This document shows positions 47,661 to 58,384 of a DNA stretch of 64,000 nucleotides, piece by piece. The translations under genes and the position numbers were made by a program. The stretch is from positions 4,544,001 through 4,608,000 of the forward strand of contig OZ271854.1 in NCBI GenBank assembly GCA_965601925.1, written 5' to 3'. Origin of the DNA: Alkalispirochaeta sp. (GTDB lineage: Bacteria > Spirochaetota > Spirochaetia > DSM-27196 > Alkalispirochaetaceae). Position 1 is the first letter of the stretch, and each line of letters begins with the position of its first letter. The notes beneath the pieces are model-generated. The model saw only the letters and a list, made by a program, of their open reading frames with translations, searched no databases and was not told the origin of the DNA.

Positions 47661-49055
47661 CTACATGAGAATCTCGGCCTCGCCGACGCGACGTTGTCCA
47701 CCCGACACCAACACGGGCTCGATAATCGTCGGAGTACGTCCCTCGATCTCGCCGATACGGTCGAGAAGGAGACGTCGCAACCGCTTTCGCACAGGCGTGT
47801 GCGAATCGTAATGAACCAAATTTTCCAACTCATACGGGTCGTGGAAGAGGTCGTAGAGGTACATCTCCGTATACTCTGCGGCATACTCCGCTGAGGGACG
47901 GCCCGCGGGGTCACGCGGGTCGACATAGGCGACTCCGTACTTCCAACGACGGGTACGCACAGCCCGCCCGGTCTCCGCTTCGCTCACCTGGACGAAGACG
48001 TCCTCGGGCCACCCGACCGTCCGGCCGCGATCATCCGTTCGAGGGGCTGCAAGGAGCGGTATGGCCGAGCGGCCGTGCATCGACGGGGGCGGCGTGATGC
48101 CGGCGGCGTCCAAAAGCGTCGGCGGGATATCGACGATACTAAACAGTTCCTCCACGCGACCGCCTCCGCGAAAACCGGGACCTACGGCAAAGCAGGGGAC
48201 GCGAATACTCGCCTCGTGACAGCTCCGTTTGTACTCATCGTTACGTGTCTTGAAGTGGTTCCCGTGGTCCGAGATGTAGAGGATGATCGTATCGTCGAGA
48301 AGGGAGAGACTGCGCAGCGCGTCTTCCACGCGACCCAACGCTTCATCCAGGCGTCTGACCATGCCGTAGTATCCCGATATATGGCGCGCCGAAGATCCGC
48401 CCAAGGCGCGAAGGTCCGGCGGCACCCACGGGTCGCGGTACGCCTCCTCGTAGCCGGTGGGCGCCGGATACGAGTCGACGTGGTTTTGATGGTGGGGCTC
48501 GAGATACGAGAGAAAGAGAAAGAACGGCTCGTCTCGGCGAGTATTAATGAAGCGGATCGCCACATCCGTCTGGGCGTCGACGCGATAACCGGGAAAGTGG
48601 TGCTTCGTGCCGTCGGCATCGTAGAGGTTCAGGTCGTACGCGTCCGACTCATGCTCGAGAGAGTTCGCCGCCATCCAGTAGTCGTAGCCGACCTGATGCT
48701 CTCTGGGCACCGGCTCGGTCGCGCTCAGATGCCATTTTCCGATGTAGCCGGTGGCGTACCCCGCCGCTTTAAAGGCGTCTGCCAAGCGCGGCTGCTCGGC
48801 GGCCAGCCGAATCCTATTGCGCCACACCCCGGTCGTCGAGGCGTACTTACCGGTCTGCAGCGTCGCACGAGCCGGTGCGCACACGGGCTGGCACGTGAAG
48901 GTGTTGAAAAAGTGCGTCCCTTGCGCCGCTAAGCGGTCGAAGTTCGGTGTGAGACCCATCGGATTTCCGTGCGCGCCGGTCGTGTCGGCGCGCTGCTGGT
49001 CGGTAAAAAAGACGATAATATTCGGCCGGCGACGACCGGAAGTCGATTTCGCCAT
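47661..49055 (-). CDS. sulfatase (formylglycine-dependent, Cys type)
   Basis: PNIIVFFTDQQRAD, CAPAR (CxPxR), GKWHL, SDHG. Confidence 0.93.
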   Translation of the reverse strand: MAKSTSGRRRPNIIVFFTDQQRADTTGAHGNPMGLTPNFDRLAAQGTHFFNTFTCQPVCAPARATLQTGKYASTTGVWRNRIRLAAEQPRLADAFKAAGYATGYIGKWHLSATEPVPREHQVGYDYWMAANSLEHESDAYDLNLYDADGTKHHFPGYRVDAQTDVAIRFINTRRDEPFFLFLSYLEPHHQNHVDSYPAPTGYEEAYRDPWVPPDLRALGGSSARHISGYYGMVRRLDEALGRVEDALRSLSLLDDTIILYISDHGNHFKTRNDEYKRSCHEASIRVPCFAVGPGFRGGGRVEELFSIVDIPPTLLDAAGITPPPSMHGRSAIPLLAAPRTDDRGRTVGWPEDVFVQVSEAETGRAVRTRRWKYGVAYVDPRDPAGRPSAEYAAEYTEMYLYDLFHDPYELENLVHYDSHTPVRKRLRRLLLDRIGEIEGRTPTIIEPVLVSGGQRRVGEAEILM

Positions 49056-49259
49056 AATTTCCTCCTGAACGACGCCTCATTTGCTCCGCGTGGACGCGTT
49101 ACGAACCGTCGAAGACCGTTGAGACGAGCGGCGATCGGAATCCGCCCTCCTTCCCGACCCATTTAGTCGTACTCATGTACCGATCGCGTCTTGCGGTCTC
49201 GCGACAAAATCCACGGTGCGCGGCAACGGAACGGCGCCCTCCTCAATCTATCGAGTTCG

Positions 49260-50399
49260 CTACATAAGAACGGCGAGGAGTACCCCGGCGGCCACGGCCG
49301 AGCCGATGACGCCGCTCACATTGGGTCCCATGGCCTGCATGAGCAGGTAGTTCCGCGGGTTGGCCTCCAGCCCGACCTTATTAACCACACGCGCCGCCAT
49401 GGGCACCGCCGATACTCCGGCCGCCCCGATGAGCGGGTTGACGGGCGAGCGGGAGAGGCGATTCATCACCCGAGCCAACAGGATGCCCGTCGCCGTTCCG
49501 ATCGAGAAGGCGACCAACCCAAGCAGAAGGATGCCGAGGGTCTCGACGCGCAAGAAGTAGTTTGCCTGGAGCTTACTCCCCACGACAAGCCCCAGGAGAA
49601 TGGTAACGCTGTCGATGAACGCACTCTGCAGGGTACGCGAAAGTCGCTCGGTCACTCCCGACTCCTTCACCAAGTTGCCGAACATGAGCGCACCGATGAG
49701 CGGCGTGGCGGTCGGCAACAGGAGAATACACAGCCCCAGCACCGACAGCGGGAAGATGATCTTCTCCACCTTGGAGACGGGACGCAGCTGAGTCATCACG
49801 ATGCTGCGTTGCGCCGCGGTTGTGCACGCCCGCATGATCGGCGGCTGGATGATCGGTACCAGCGCCATGTAGCTATACGCCGCCACGGCGATCGCTCCCA
49901 CGAGATCGGGACTCAACCGCGACGATAAGAAAATGGCCGTCGGCCCGTCGGCGCCGCCGATGATTCCGATCGATGCGGCGTCGCGCAACGAGAAATCGAA
50001 GCCGAGATACTCGCTCAACGCCAGCGCTCCCAAAACGGTCGCAAAGATCCCGAACTGCGCCGCCGCTCCCAACAAAGCCATACGCGGGTTGGCGATGAGC
50101 GGCCCGAAGTCGGTCATCGCGCCCACACCCATGAAAATGAGAAGGGGGAATATACCGGTCGCCAGCCCAACGGCGTCGATCATCCCGAGAAATCCCTCAG
50201 GACCGGCGATACCGGCGATCGGGATGTTGGCCAGAATCCCGCCGAAACCGATCGGGAGGAGCAGCAGGGGTTCGAATTTTTTGCCGATCGCCAGATAGAT
50301 GAGGACAAGACCGACGGCGATCATGAATACATTGCCGCCCGATATCGCCGTCAACCCCGTAGACGCCCAGAGGTTGACAAAGGAGTGTGCGATACTCAT
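49260..50399 (-). CDS. oadB: Na+-translocating decarboxylase beta subunit
   Basis: [41 protein letters not shown] overlaps the oadA stop. Confidence 0.95.
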   Translation of the reverse strand: MSIAHSFVNLWASTGLTAISGGNVFMIAVGLVLIYLAIGKKFEPLLLLPIGFGGILANIPIAGIAGPEGFLGMIDAVGLATGIFPLLIFMGVGAMTDFGPLIANPRMALLGAAAQFGIFATVLGALALSEYLGFDFSLRDAASIGIIGGADGPTAIFLSSRLSPDLVGAIAVAAYSYMALVPIIQPPIMRACTTAAQRSIVMTQLRPVSKVEKIIFPLSVLGLCILLLPTATPLIGALMFGNLVKESGVTERLSRTLQSAFIDSVTILLGLVVGSKLQANYFLRVETLGILLLGLVAFSIGTATGILLARVMNRLSRSPVNPLIGAAGVSAVPMAARVVNKVGLEANPRNYLLMQAMGPNVSGVIGSAVAAGVLLAVLM

Positions 50400-52231
50400 G
50401 CGATCGATACCAGCGGTGCGTCGGCCTCCACGGATTGCCCGTCGGAAACGTGCACTTTCGCGACCGTCCCGTCCGAGGCGGCCTCGACCTTCATCTCCAT
50501 CTTCATACACTCCATCAGCACGACCGGCGCACCCTCCGTGACGGTGTCTCCCGACTTGACGAGGGTCCTCAAAATGACCCCGGGCATCGGGGCCGCTACC
50601 GTCGTGCCGCCCACCTTCGGAGCGGCGACGATCGGGGAGGCGACCGGTTGTGGTGACGCGCCGTCGCTCGTCGGGAGCGGATGGGACCGGCCGTCGATCG
50701 TGGCATGGCCGTCGGCCACGGTCACGGCAAGGGTCTCGCCCGCCACGGTCACGGTATAGACCGCGACCCCGTCTTGTGCCGGGGCGGGCTGAGGCGTGCT
50801 CCTCTGCGGAGTCGGTGCGGCGTCGCCTTCGAGTCCGCGCTTGCGCACCTGGACACGCGCCTCTCCCTTGAGAAAGGCGATCCCGCGCTCCTTACACGTC
50901 GCAGCGATGAAGATGTTCTCTTCGGTGATCGCGATACCCGCCTCGCGCAACACCGCCTCGGCGGCGTCGCGGCCCTTGGTCGGATCGGCGTCGTTGAGGA
51001 GCCGCGGACTCTCGGTCGTCGCCTCCAGACCGAGCTGTTCGCTCGCCTTCCGGACCAACTCGGCGTCGGGCTCGGTAGGCGTTCGCCCAAAGTAGCCCAA
51101 AAGCATCTTGCCGTAGCCGTCGGCGATTTTTTTCCACGGTCCGAGCATGACGTTGTTGAACGCTTGCTGGAAATAGAACTGGGAGACCGGCGTCACCGAC
51201 GTTGCAAACCCACCGCGCTCGACGACCTCGCGCATCGCAGCGATCACCTCGGGAAAACGGTGGAGCACCTGATGATCGCGCATCATCTGCGTGTTTGCCG
51301 TGAGGGCGCCGCCGGGCATCGGCGAAAAGGGAATCAACGGTTCGACTCTGAGCGCCTCGGGGGGATAGAAATACTCAGCCATGCACTCTTTGAAGACCTC
51401 CTCCGCCTCCATCACCTTCTCTATGTCGACGCCTAAGTCAAACTCCGTCCCGCGGAGGGTGTGCCACATCGTGATGATATCGGGCTGCGCCGTACCGCCT
51501 GAGACGGGAGCCATGGAAAGATCGATACCGTCCACCCCCGCCTCGAGCGCCGCGCGATAGGTCACGACACCGGTACCGGCGGTATCGTGAGTATGAAAAC
51601 GTACGGGGATGTCCGCCGGCAGCTTCGATTTGGCCAGTTTCACCGTCTCGTACACGACCTGGGGCGTCGCGGTTCCCGACGCATCCTTGAGTGCCAGAGA
51701 GTGCATCGGAATATCGGCGTCGAGAATCTGCGTGAGGCGGTCGAGATAGAACGCCGCGGTGTGCGCCCCGGAAAGCCCGGGTGGTAGACCCATTAACGTC
51801 ACGGATACCTCGTGGTGCAGCCCCGCATCTACAATGCAGCGCCCCGAATAGTCGAGGTTGTCCACATCGTTGAGGGCGTCAAAATTACGGATCGTCGTGA
51901 TACCGTGTCTTTTGAACAGGTGCGCGTGCATAGCGATGATGTCGGAGGACTGACTCTCCAGCCCCACTACGTTGATGCCCCGCGCCAACGTTTGGAGGTT
52001 TGCCTCCGGTCCCGCGGCCTCACGACACGCGTCCATCATCGCAAAGGCGTCCTCATTACAATAGAAGTACAAACTCTGAAAGCGTGCACCGCCGCCCACC
52101 TCGAAGTGCGTTAATCCCGCCTCGCACGCCGCCTCCAGAGCCGGCAGAAAATCGGGCGTCAACACCCGCGCACCGAAGACGGACTGAAACCCGTCGCGGA
52201 ACGCAGTCACCATTACGTTGATCTTCTTCAT
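50396..52231 (-). CDS. oadA: oxaloacetate decarboxylase alpha subunit (carboxyltransferase plus biotin carrier)
   Basis: RDGFQS, FDALND, KDASG, HTHDT, MPGG, VTPVSQ, biotin site ECMKME. Confidence 0.9.
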   Translation of the reverse strand: MKKINVMVTAFRDGFQSVFGARVLTPDFLPALEAACEAGLTHFEVGGGARFQSLYFYCNEDAFAMMDACREAAGPEANLQTLARGINVVGLESQSSDIIAMHAHLFKRHGITTIRNFDALNDVDNLDYSGRCIVDAGLHHEVSVTLMGLPPGLSGAHTAAFYLDRLTQILDADIPMHSLALKDASGTATPQVVYETVKLAKSKLPADIPVRFHTHDTAGTGVVTYRAALEAGVDGIDLSMAPVSGGTAQPDIITMWHTLRGTEFDLGVDIEKVMEAEEVFKECMAEYFYPPEALRVEPLIPFSPMPGGALTANTQMMRDHQVLHRFPEVIAAMREVVERGGFATSVTPVSQFYFQQAFNNVMLGPWKKIADGYGKMLLGYFGRTPTEPDAELVRKASEQLGLEATTESPRLLNDADPTKGRDAAEAVLREAGIAITEENIFIAATCKERGIAFLKGEARVQVRKRGLEGDAAPTPQRSTPQPAPAQDGVAVYTVTVAGETLAVTVADGHATIDGRSHPLPTSDGASPQPVASPIVAAPKVGGTTVAAPMPGVILRTLVKSGDTVTEGAPVVLMECMKMEMKVEAASDGTVAKVHVSDGQSVEADAPLVSIA

Positions 52232-52512
52232 CGTAGTGTTCCCTCTCCGACGGGAGGCGCCAAGCGCCTACTGTGGTGTTGTGCGACCGCCGCAAGAGCA
52301 GCCGCCGTGAGCCGGGCGCGTCGTGTGCGCCGCCGCATGTCGTCGCTCCGGCCGCCGGAGTCGACGGTGTCGCCCGCCCCCGACGCCGCGTCTGCGAGTG
52401 TGAGACGCCGTACGACCGCCGTCGAGACGCCCATTAACAGGACCAACACGGTGAGAAAGACAAATACCGCGCTCATACCCAGTACCGTGAGCTGTATTCC
52501 CGCGCTCATCAT
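52228..52512 (-). CDS. oadG: Na+-translocating decarboxylase gamma subunit
   Basis: LTVLGMSAVFVFLTVL TM and AAALAAVAQHH tail; first gene of oadGAB. Confidence 0.85.
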   Translation of the reverse strand: MMSAGIQLTVLGMSAVFVFLTVLVLLMGVSTAVVRRLTLADAASGAGDTVDSGGRSDDMRRRTRRARLTAAALAAVAQHHSRRLAPPVGEGTLR

Positions 52513-52704
52513 GCGTTTGGAATCTCCCTTCGTAGAGCTATCGCGTCACAACCGTTCCACCCACCCATTTTTTTTCTTCATATCGCGACGAGAACCACGC
52601 GAAGACGAGCCATTGTCAAAGCCACGCTGAACTCTGTAAACCTTAAAAATTGCGCTTTACTTCACTATGACACCGTACAAAACCGAACTGTCGAAAAAAA
52701 ACGG

Positions 52705-53169
52705 TTATCGATCACCCAATACGGAGCTGACCACCCGTTCGAGGTGCGGATCGTCGACGCATTCGAGGGAGACCGCGCTTCCCGGCCGCCGCGTAAAGGA
52801 GGAGGTCAGCCGGCTGTGGAGGATGTGCACGCCGTCGTCGAGGCTCGTTACATCGTGCAAGAGCTCCTCGGTGCGACAATCGAGTCGCGACACTACCTCG
52901 TCGGCGGTCAATGAGAGACCGAAATGAGTCGCCTTCTCAGCGGCCAAGGCGCTGACGAGTCCGCCGTGAACGGTGGTGATCCCCATCGACGCGTAGAGAA
53001 AGACCGCACCTTGTCCGACGCGACTATCGATGAGACGGATAGAACGGAGATCGCCGAGAGCCGCTTCACCGCGTCGGTCGGCGAGGACGTAGCCCAGTAC
53101 AAAGAGCGGATAGAGCCACGATCCTCGCAGTACGACGGCGAGCACCCCGTCTCGGAAAACGGAGAGCAT
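52705..53169 (-). CDS. DUF1893 (TM1506-like) domain protein
   Basis: LYPLF...DSRVGQGA...VHGGLVS..A...CRTE pattern; follows the ECF S component. Confidence 0.65.
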   Translation of the reverse strand: MLSVFRDGVLAVVLRGSWLYPLFVLGYVLADRRGEAALGDLRSIRLIDSRVGQGAVFLYASMGITTVHGGLVSALAAEKATHFGLSLTADEVVSRLDCRTEELLHDVTSLDDGVHILHSRLTSSFTRRPGSAVSLECVDDPHLERVVSSVLGDR

Positions 53170-53181
53170 CGCCCGTCACCG

Positions 53182-53733
53182 TCAGTGCTGCGATCGTCCG
53201 GCGGACCGTACGATCGCCCCGGCGATGACCGGAACCGTAAGCACCTGCACGATCTGCATCGGCACTCCCGGGATGACCGATGAAGCCAGAAATCCGGGGA
53301 GCGCCGACGATCCTCCCAGGAAGAGAAGAAACCCACCCACGATTACCATTCGTCCGGCAACGCCCGCAACGGCCATCGCGAGGTAGAGGTTCCCTCTCAA
53401 CGCCTTACTTGCAAGAATCGCCGGGAGCGCCCCGTACAGGGCGAGCTCGATCGCCATCAGCGGCACCATAGGAAGGGCCGGCATACCGGTAAGCAGATGG
53501 TTAAGTACCGGAGCGGTAAGGCCCGCGATGAGTCCAGCCTTCCACCCGTAGACGGCGCCGGCGAGCATTACTCCCCAAAACATCGGCAGTACGCGAAACA
53601 CCGGCCAGCCGAGGGCGTGCGCAGCGAGGGGCGCCGCGACCGTCGCCGCGATGAAGATCCCCTCCAACAAAAATGCCCGCGCCCCGGCAAAGCTCAAGGG
53701 ACGCTCCGAACGTACAATCGTCGCCATAGTCAT
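53182..53733 (-). CDS. ECF transporter S component
   Basis: about 6 TM; LPMFWGVMLAGAVYGWKAGLIAGLTAP, GMP..PM, PGVPMQIV. Confidence 0.8.
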   Translation of the reverse strand: MTMATIVRSERPLSFAGARAFLLEGIFIAATVAAPLAAHALGWPVFRVLPMFWGVMLAGAVYGWKAGLIAGLTAPVLNHLLTGMPALPMVPLMAIELALYGALPAILASKALRGNLYLAMAVAGVAGRMVIVGGFLLFLGGSSALPGFLASSVIPGVPMQIVQVLTVPVIAGAIVRSAGRSQH

Positions 53734-53797
53734 GGATACCCTCTCCTTTATCTATCGTTGCGGGCCGCGCGCCGTCACCGGCGATCGTGCCGCCCGG

Positions 53798-55867
53798 CTA
53801 TGCTCGTTCCGCGTAACGTATCACAACGGCGTCACGACCACGAACGGTCGTCGTGAGCATACCGTCGGACAACGCCGCCTCGCCGCGTAACGGCGTAATC
53901 GTCGCGGCGTCGACGGGCACCGTGACCGCGACGCTCTCCCGATTGGCGTTGACCAGCCATAGCACGCGCTCGACATCGCCGTGCAGACGGGCAACGACAC
54001 CCTCCGGAAGTCCGCCGAAGCGAGGTCTGAGGCCGGCCCAATCCGCTACGGCGCGGAAGCCGGACAACGTCGCCGTCTTGAGATACCCGTAGCCGCAGAA
54101 GGTGCCGAGCAGTGCGGTGCGGCGGCCGAAGACGGCGGCCCGTCGGCCCTCCATGTAGGGTCCGGCATTGCTAAAGGTTGGACCGTCCCCGGCAAAGCTC
54201 TGGACATAGGCTCCGCCGGGTAGTAGAGCGTCGTCAAGGACTATGTGCACTCCGTCCAGCAGGTCGGGAAAAAATTCGACGCCCGTCTGCCGCGCGCCGA
54301 ACAGGCGATCGAGAAAGGCGGCGACATCCTCGGGATTGTGGTACCCCCGATCGTCGAAATAGCCGGGCAACGCCTCACAGATGAGCGTCCCCCCGCCGGC
54401 GACGTACCGTTCGAGTGCGTCTCTCGTCGCCCCCTTGAGGCGTACCGGAAAGGGGAGATACAGCACGGGATAGTCTTGCCATTGATCGACGACGGCCCAG
54501 TCGGGCTGAAAACCGAGATCGAAGAACGCCTTGTACGCCCCGCGCATCGATTGGGTGTACAGCTGCGTCTTACCGTGCATGGCGTAGGCGTAGTGTTGGC
54601 TCTCGGGGACGACGGCGATACCCAACTCCCCGCGTACCGGCCGCGCCTCCCACACCGCCGGATAATCGCGCACCCAGCCGGCCAGTGCCGAGGCCGCGGC
54701 GGAGCGGTCCGTGGCGGCCCCGTCGACGTCATAGGGCGCCAGGGAGTTGAAGCTCGGGCCGCCGAGGAGTGGCCGCATACGGGGATACATGATACCCCGG
54801 GCGCCGCCGGCCATGGATATCACGTTGGAAAGCCGTATGTCCTCCGGCTCCCGGATGCGTCCGTCCTCGCGGGGCCGCCCGATCTGAAACGGCCGGAACC
54901 AAACCGGCCCGCCCTGGTGCTCGGCGTGCCAAAAGTCCTTTCCCCGTGACGCCGCGCGTACCGTATCGACGGCGTGCCATTGTACGTAGGGCTCGATCCC
55001 CTGTCGCGACTGCACGAAGGTGAAGCCGAAGATATCGACGGTCTGCGCCGACCGCCAGTCGTCGGAACACGCCGTGGAGAGGGTCTGGAGAGAGGTCGCC
55101 TGTCCGTGGGAGGTGATGGGCGTGGCGGGATCGACGGCGCGAATCGTCTCGGCCCGCCACCGCATATTAGCGATCGCGTTGTCGACCCGAAAATCGAGCC
55201 AATCGAGGGTGTTGGGGTAGAAGGCGCTCTTCCGCGGCGCGTCGATCTGACTCCAGTCGGTTATCCCGTAGAGACCCCACGCCTCGGACAACGTCCCCAG
55301 CTCGCCGTACTTCTCTCGCAACCATACTCGAAAGGCGGCGATCGTCGGCGGCGAAAAATCGTAGTCCTCCGCTTTGCCGGCCTGATTCTGGGGGAACTTG
55401 GCCTCGTTGACGATGTCGTAGTAACCGAGACCCGGATGGTCTTTGTAGCGGTCGGCGAGCTGCGTCAGGAAGTTGCCGGCGAGTTCCCGCGCGCCGGGGT
55501 GGTTGAGGTTGAGCCCCGGAAAGCCGCCCGCGACGCAGGAATGGCTCATCTGACTTCCGTCGTAACGACCCCAACGGTCCATGAGCCGCGCCTCCGGCAG
55601 CGTGGCGAAAGCCCACGCCGGCGCAGAGGTAATCTTCTCCTGGATGATCGTCTTAAGGCCGTACTCGGCGGCGAGATCGAGGTGCCGATCGTAGAGGCCC
55701 CAGTCGAATACTCCCGGGGCGATCTCGACGGCGGACCACAGGAACCAGTGGCGAAACACCGTCCACCCGTCCTCCGCCGCCCTACGATAGTCCCGTTCCC
55801 AATCCCGCTGCGGCGGATTGGTGCGCCGGAAATAGACCGAGCCGTAGGGGAATACCGGCAGGCTCAC
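53798..55867 (-). CDS. GH42-like beta-galactosidase
   Basis: FPYGSVY, WSAVEIAPGVFDW, VNEA acid/base, FWHAEHQGG nucleophile, trimerisation-domain-like YVAGGGTLI; start uncertain. Confidence 0.85.
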   Translation of the reverse strand: MSLPVFPYGSVYFRRTNPPQRDWERDYRRAAEDGWTVFRHWFLWSAVEIAPGVFDWGLYDRHLDLAAEYGLKTIIQEKITSAPAWAFATLPEARLMDRWGRYDGSQMSHSCVAGGFPGLNLNHPGARELAGNFLTQLADRYKDHPGLGYYDIVNEAKFPQNQAGKAEDYDFSPPTIAAFRVWLREKYGELGTLSEAWGLYGITDWSQIDAPRKSAFYPNTLDWLDFRVDNAIANMRWRAETIRAVDPATPITSHGQATSLQTLSTACSDDWRSAQTVDIFGFTFVQSRQGIEPYVQWHAVDTVRAASRGKDFWHAEHQGGPVWFRPFQIGRPREDGRIREPEDIRLSNVISMAGGARGIMYPRMRPLLGGPSFNSLAPYDVDGAATDRSAAASALAGWVRDYPAVWEARPVRGELGIAVVPESQHYAYAMHGKTQLYTQSMRGAYKAFFDLGFQPDWAVVDQWQDYPVLYLPFPVRLKGATRDALERYVAGGGTLICEALPGYFDDRGYHNPEDVAAFLDRLFGARQTGVEFFPDLLDGVHIVLDDALLPGGAYVQSFAGDGPTFSNAGPYMEGRRAAVFGRRTALLGTFCGYGYLKTATLSGFRAVADWAGLRPRFGGLPEGVVARLHGDVERVLWLVNANRESVAVTVPVDAATITPLRGEAALSDGMLTTTVRGRDAVVIRYAERA

Positions 55868-56212
55868 GCCGCGCCGCCTCGATCGGTACCTTCGACACAC
55901 GTATGTCGAGGGGTGCCGACGGAGAGTTGTCTCGTCGTAGGTGCTCTCATACATCCTCCTCGACGCGTTCGGACTGTAAGCAATCGGTCCCGCGGCGATG
56001 CACACCATTATGGGGACCGTCCCTCACTCCCGATACTGGAAATTGTGGTCACAACTCCAACGATGGGGTGCAACAACCGGTGTGGAGCTTACTCTCTCCC
56101 TCACGGCGCGCCGAGGAGAAGCCGATGTCCCCGGCGACGCGAATCGCGGTGATCGGTGTATTCACTCTTCGGCGGCGCCGTCCATCGCGGCTCGCCCCGA
56201 CGATCCGCCGGG

Positions 56213-56250
56213 AAAAAAAGGACCCCGGAGCGAAGTGCCGCTCCGGGGTC
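56213..56250 (-). terminator. Rho-independent terminator of the SBP gene
   Basis: 12-bp stem GACCCCGGAGCG/CGCTCCGGGGTC followed by a U7 tract on the minus strand. Confidence 0.85.
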
Positions 56251-56293
56251 GTCCCTAACCAAATCGTCATACCGCCACTCGACGGTACCTCGG

Positions 56294-58240
56294 CTACTTT
56301 CGACTCCCGTCGACGAAGTAGAACTGCGACATATCCATCGCGCCCGGTTGGGCGAAGCGACTTCCCCTGTTCCACGTCTCCGCCACATTCCGCAGTCGGT
56401 TGTTGACGATACCGTACTCACCGACGGGTATACAGATGCCCATCATCGGAAAGTTGTCGGCCGCCAGCTGGAGTATCTCGTGCATCATGCGATGCTGTTC
56501 AGCCTCATCGGGAGTACGTTGAATCCGGTCGTACAGATCGAGGCCCTCGGCGACCCACGGGAGCGGCTCCTCCTGATCGCCGTCGAGATCGAACTTCCAG
56601 TTATACCAGGCGATCCCCCACGCCGAGTCGTTGTCGGTCGGAATGTGCATCTGAGGACGGATCAACACGTCGCTCCACCCCGACTCGCCGTCGTCGATCA
56701 TCACCTCAATTTGATTGCTGTTTCGCAACTGCCGCTGAAAGGACTTCTCGACGGGACGGTTGATGGCGTATACGCCGACGGCGCGCCACATGGGGATAAT
56801 CATCTCCATCGTATCGTTCATCCATACCTTGTCCGCACGGGTCGTGACGATAAACTCGAATCGCTCGCCGTCCGGCCCGATACGCCACCCCTCGGCGTCG
56901 CGTCGGTCCAGGCCGACCTCGTCGAGGAGCCTATTGGCAAGATCGGGGTCGTACTCGGTGTACTGCTTGGCGAGCTGCTCGTTGAAGAATCCCGATCCGC
57001 GTTGCGGCGAGATCTGCCACGGCTCACCCTGTCCGACGAAGACGACGTCGATGATCTCTTGGCGATTAATGGCGTGAGACATCGCCCGGCGAAAGCGGAT
57101 ATCGCGAAAGACGGGCCGCAGCACCGGATCGTTGGTCGTCTGATTGAAGTACAGAGCGCTCCAGTTGGAGCTCCCCGACTGGAGCTCGACGACGTCGTAC
57201 CCGCCGATCTGCTGGTTGTCGACGAAGACCGCCTTGTTGTCCAAGTTGTTAATACGTCGCGCCATGAAGTCGACCTCCCCGCCGAGGGTTCGCAGAACCA
57301 TCGGCTCGGGATCGTCAAAGAGGAAGTAGACGACACGGTCGAGGTACGGCAACTGACGCCCCTCACTGTCGACCTTCCAGTAGTACGGGTTGCGCTCCAT
57401 GACGAACTGCGTCGTCGCCTCGCCGATGGATTGGGTCGGAACCCAGGCGTTCAACGTCGGGAGTTCCGGGTTGTTCCAGCTGTCGTTCATGATGCCGAAG
57501 TACGTCGCCCAATCGGCAAATCCCGCCTCGCGCGCCACGCGATCGGCGTCGGAGTTGAAGTCCTGGTGAAACCCCTCCAAGTAGTGCGCCGGGTAGGTCA
57601 CCATGTCGTTGCCGTCTGCGGTAACCATCTGCACGGCAAAGAAGGCGTTCGGCTCCTCAAAGGTAAAGCGAATCGTGTAGTCGTCGATCCGCTCGGCCTC
57701 CCAGTCGCCGCTCCCTCGGAGGTACGGCGGGGCGTCGGCCAGCTCGGGGTGCTTGATCACGTGGTCCGTATAGAAGAGAAGATCGTCGACGGTAAAGGGC
57801 TCCCCGTCGGACCATCGCGTCCCCTCGCGGAGGGTGATCGTCCAGACTCGCGCGTCCTCGGACGTTTCGACCGACTCGGCGAGGCCGGGGATCGTACCGT
57901 TCGCTTGGGCGTTCCAGCGGATCAGCGGATCGTACATGGCCGAGATATTGAGGTAAAAGTCGTCCGCGGCGCCGCGAAGGCCCGTATACAAGGTTCCGCC
58001 GTAGACGCCGGGGCCTTCGATAAGCTCGGGAACGTACGGATTGTCCGGCAGTCGCTCGTCCAGAGGCGGCAACTCTCCGGCGGCGACCAGCTCGGCCAGA
58101 GCGGGCGCCTCCATACCGTCGCCGACGACGGCCCGCGCCGTGTCCTCCGGTGCTCCGCCGCAACCGGCCAATAACAAGATCAAAAGGCCAAAGGTCGCGC
58201 ATATCATCACGCATACACGTGAACGGTGGTGTGGTATCAT
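56294..58240 (-). CDS. ABC transporter substrate-binding lipoprotein, family 5 (oligosaccharide-type)
   Basis: lipobox LLAGC, GELPPLDERLP, LREGTRWSDGEPFTVDD, ERNPYYWKVD..G.QLPYLD; AAGGAGG SD. Confidence 0.92.
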   Translation of the reverse strand: MIPHHRSRVCVMICATFGLLILLLAGCGGAPEDTARAVVGDGMEAPALAELVAAGELPPLDERLPDNPYVPELIEGPGVYGGTLYTGLRGAADDFYLNISAMYDPLIRWNAQANGTIPGLAESVETSEDARVWTITLREGTRWSDGEPFTVDDLLFYTDHVIKHPELADAPPYLRGSGDWEAERIDDYTIRFTFEEPNAFFAVQMVTADGNDMVTYPAHYLEGFHQDFNSDADRVAREAGFADWATYFGIMNDSWNNPELPTLNAWVPTQSIGEATTQFVMERNPYYWKVDSEGRQLPYLDRVVYFLFDDPEPMVLRTLGGEVDFMARRINNLDNKAVFVDNQQIGGYDVVELQSGSSNWSALYFNQTTNDPVLRPVFRDIRFRRAMSHAINRQEIIDVVFVGQGEPWQISPQRGSGFFNEQLAKQYTEYDPDLANRLLDEVGLDRRDAEGWRIGPDGERFEFIVTTRADKVWMNDTMEMIIPMWRAVGVYAINRPVEKSFQRQLRNSNQIEVMIDDGESGWSDVLIRPQMHIPTDNDSAWGIAWYNWKFDLDGDQEEPLPWVAEGLDLYDRIQRTPDEAEQHRMMHEILQLAADNFPMMGICIPVGEYGIVNNRLRNVAETWNRGSRFAQPGAMDMSQFYFVDGSRK

Positions 58241-58384
58241 GCAATCCCTCCTTCTTATAATGAGGTCTTTGGTGCGCCCCATCGCTCGTATCTCATTATG
58301 AGGAGAGCTTTTTCGTTCTCGATACTTCAAAATTCGGTCACAACTCCACCGAGCGGATGCAGTAATGAGCATTAGACTTGTCGA

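Noticed and set aside
56156..58174. 672-aa plus-strand ORF
   Set aside because: Antisense shadow of the SBP gene with no recognisable motifs; expected in high-GC codon-biased DNA. The same applies to 19139..20074, 21407..22507, 46463..47518, 54974..56152 and 62500..63777.
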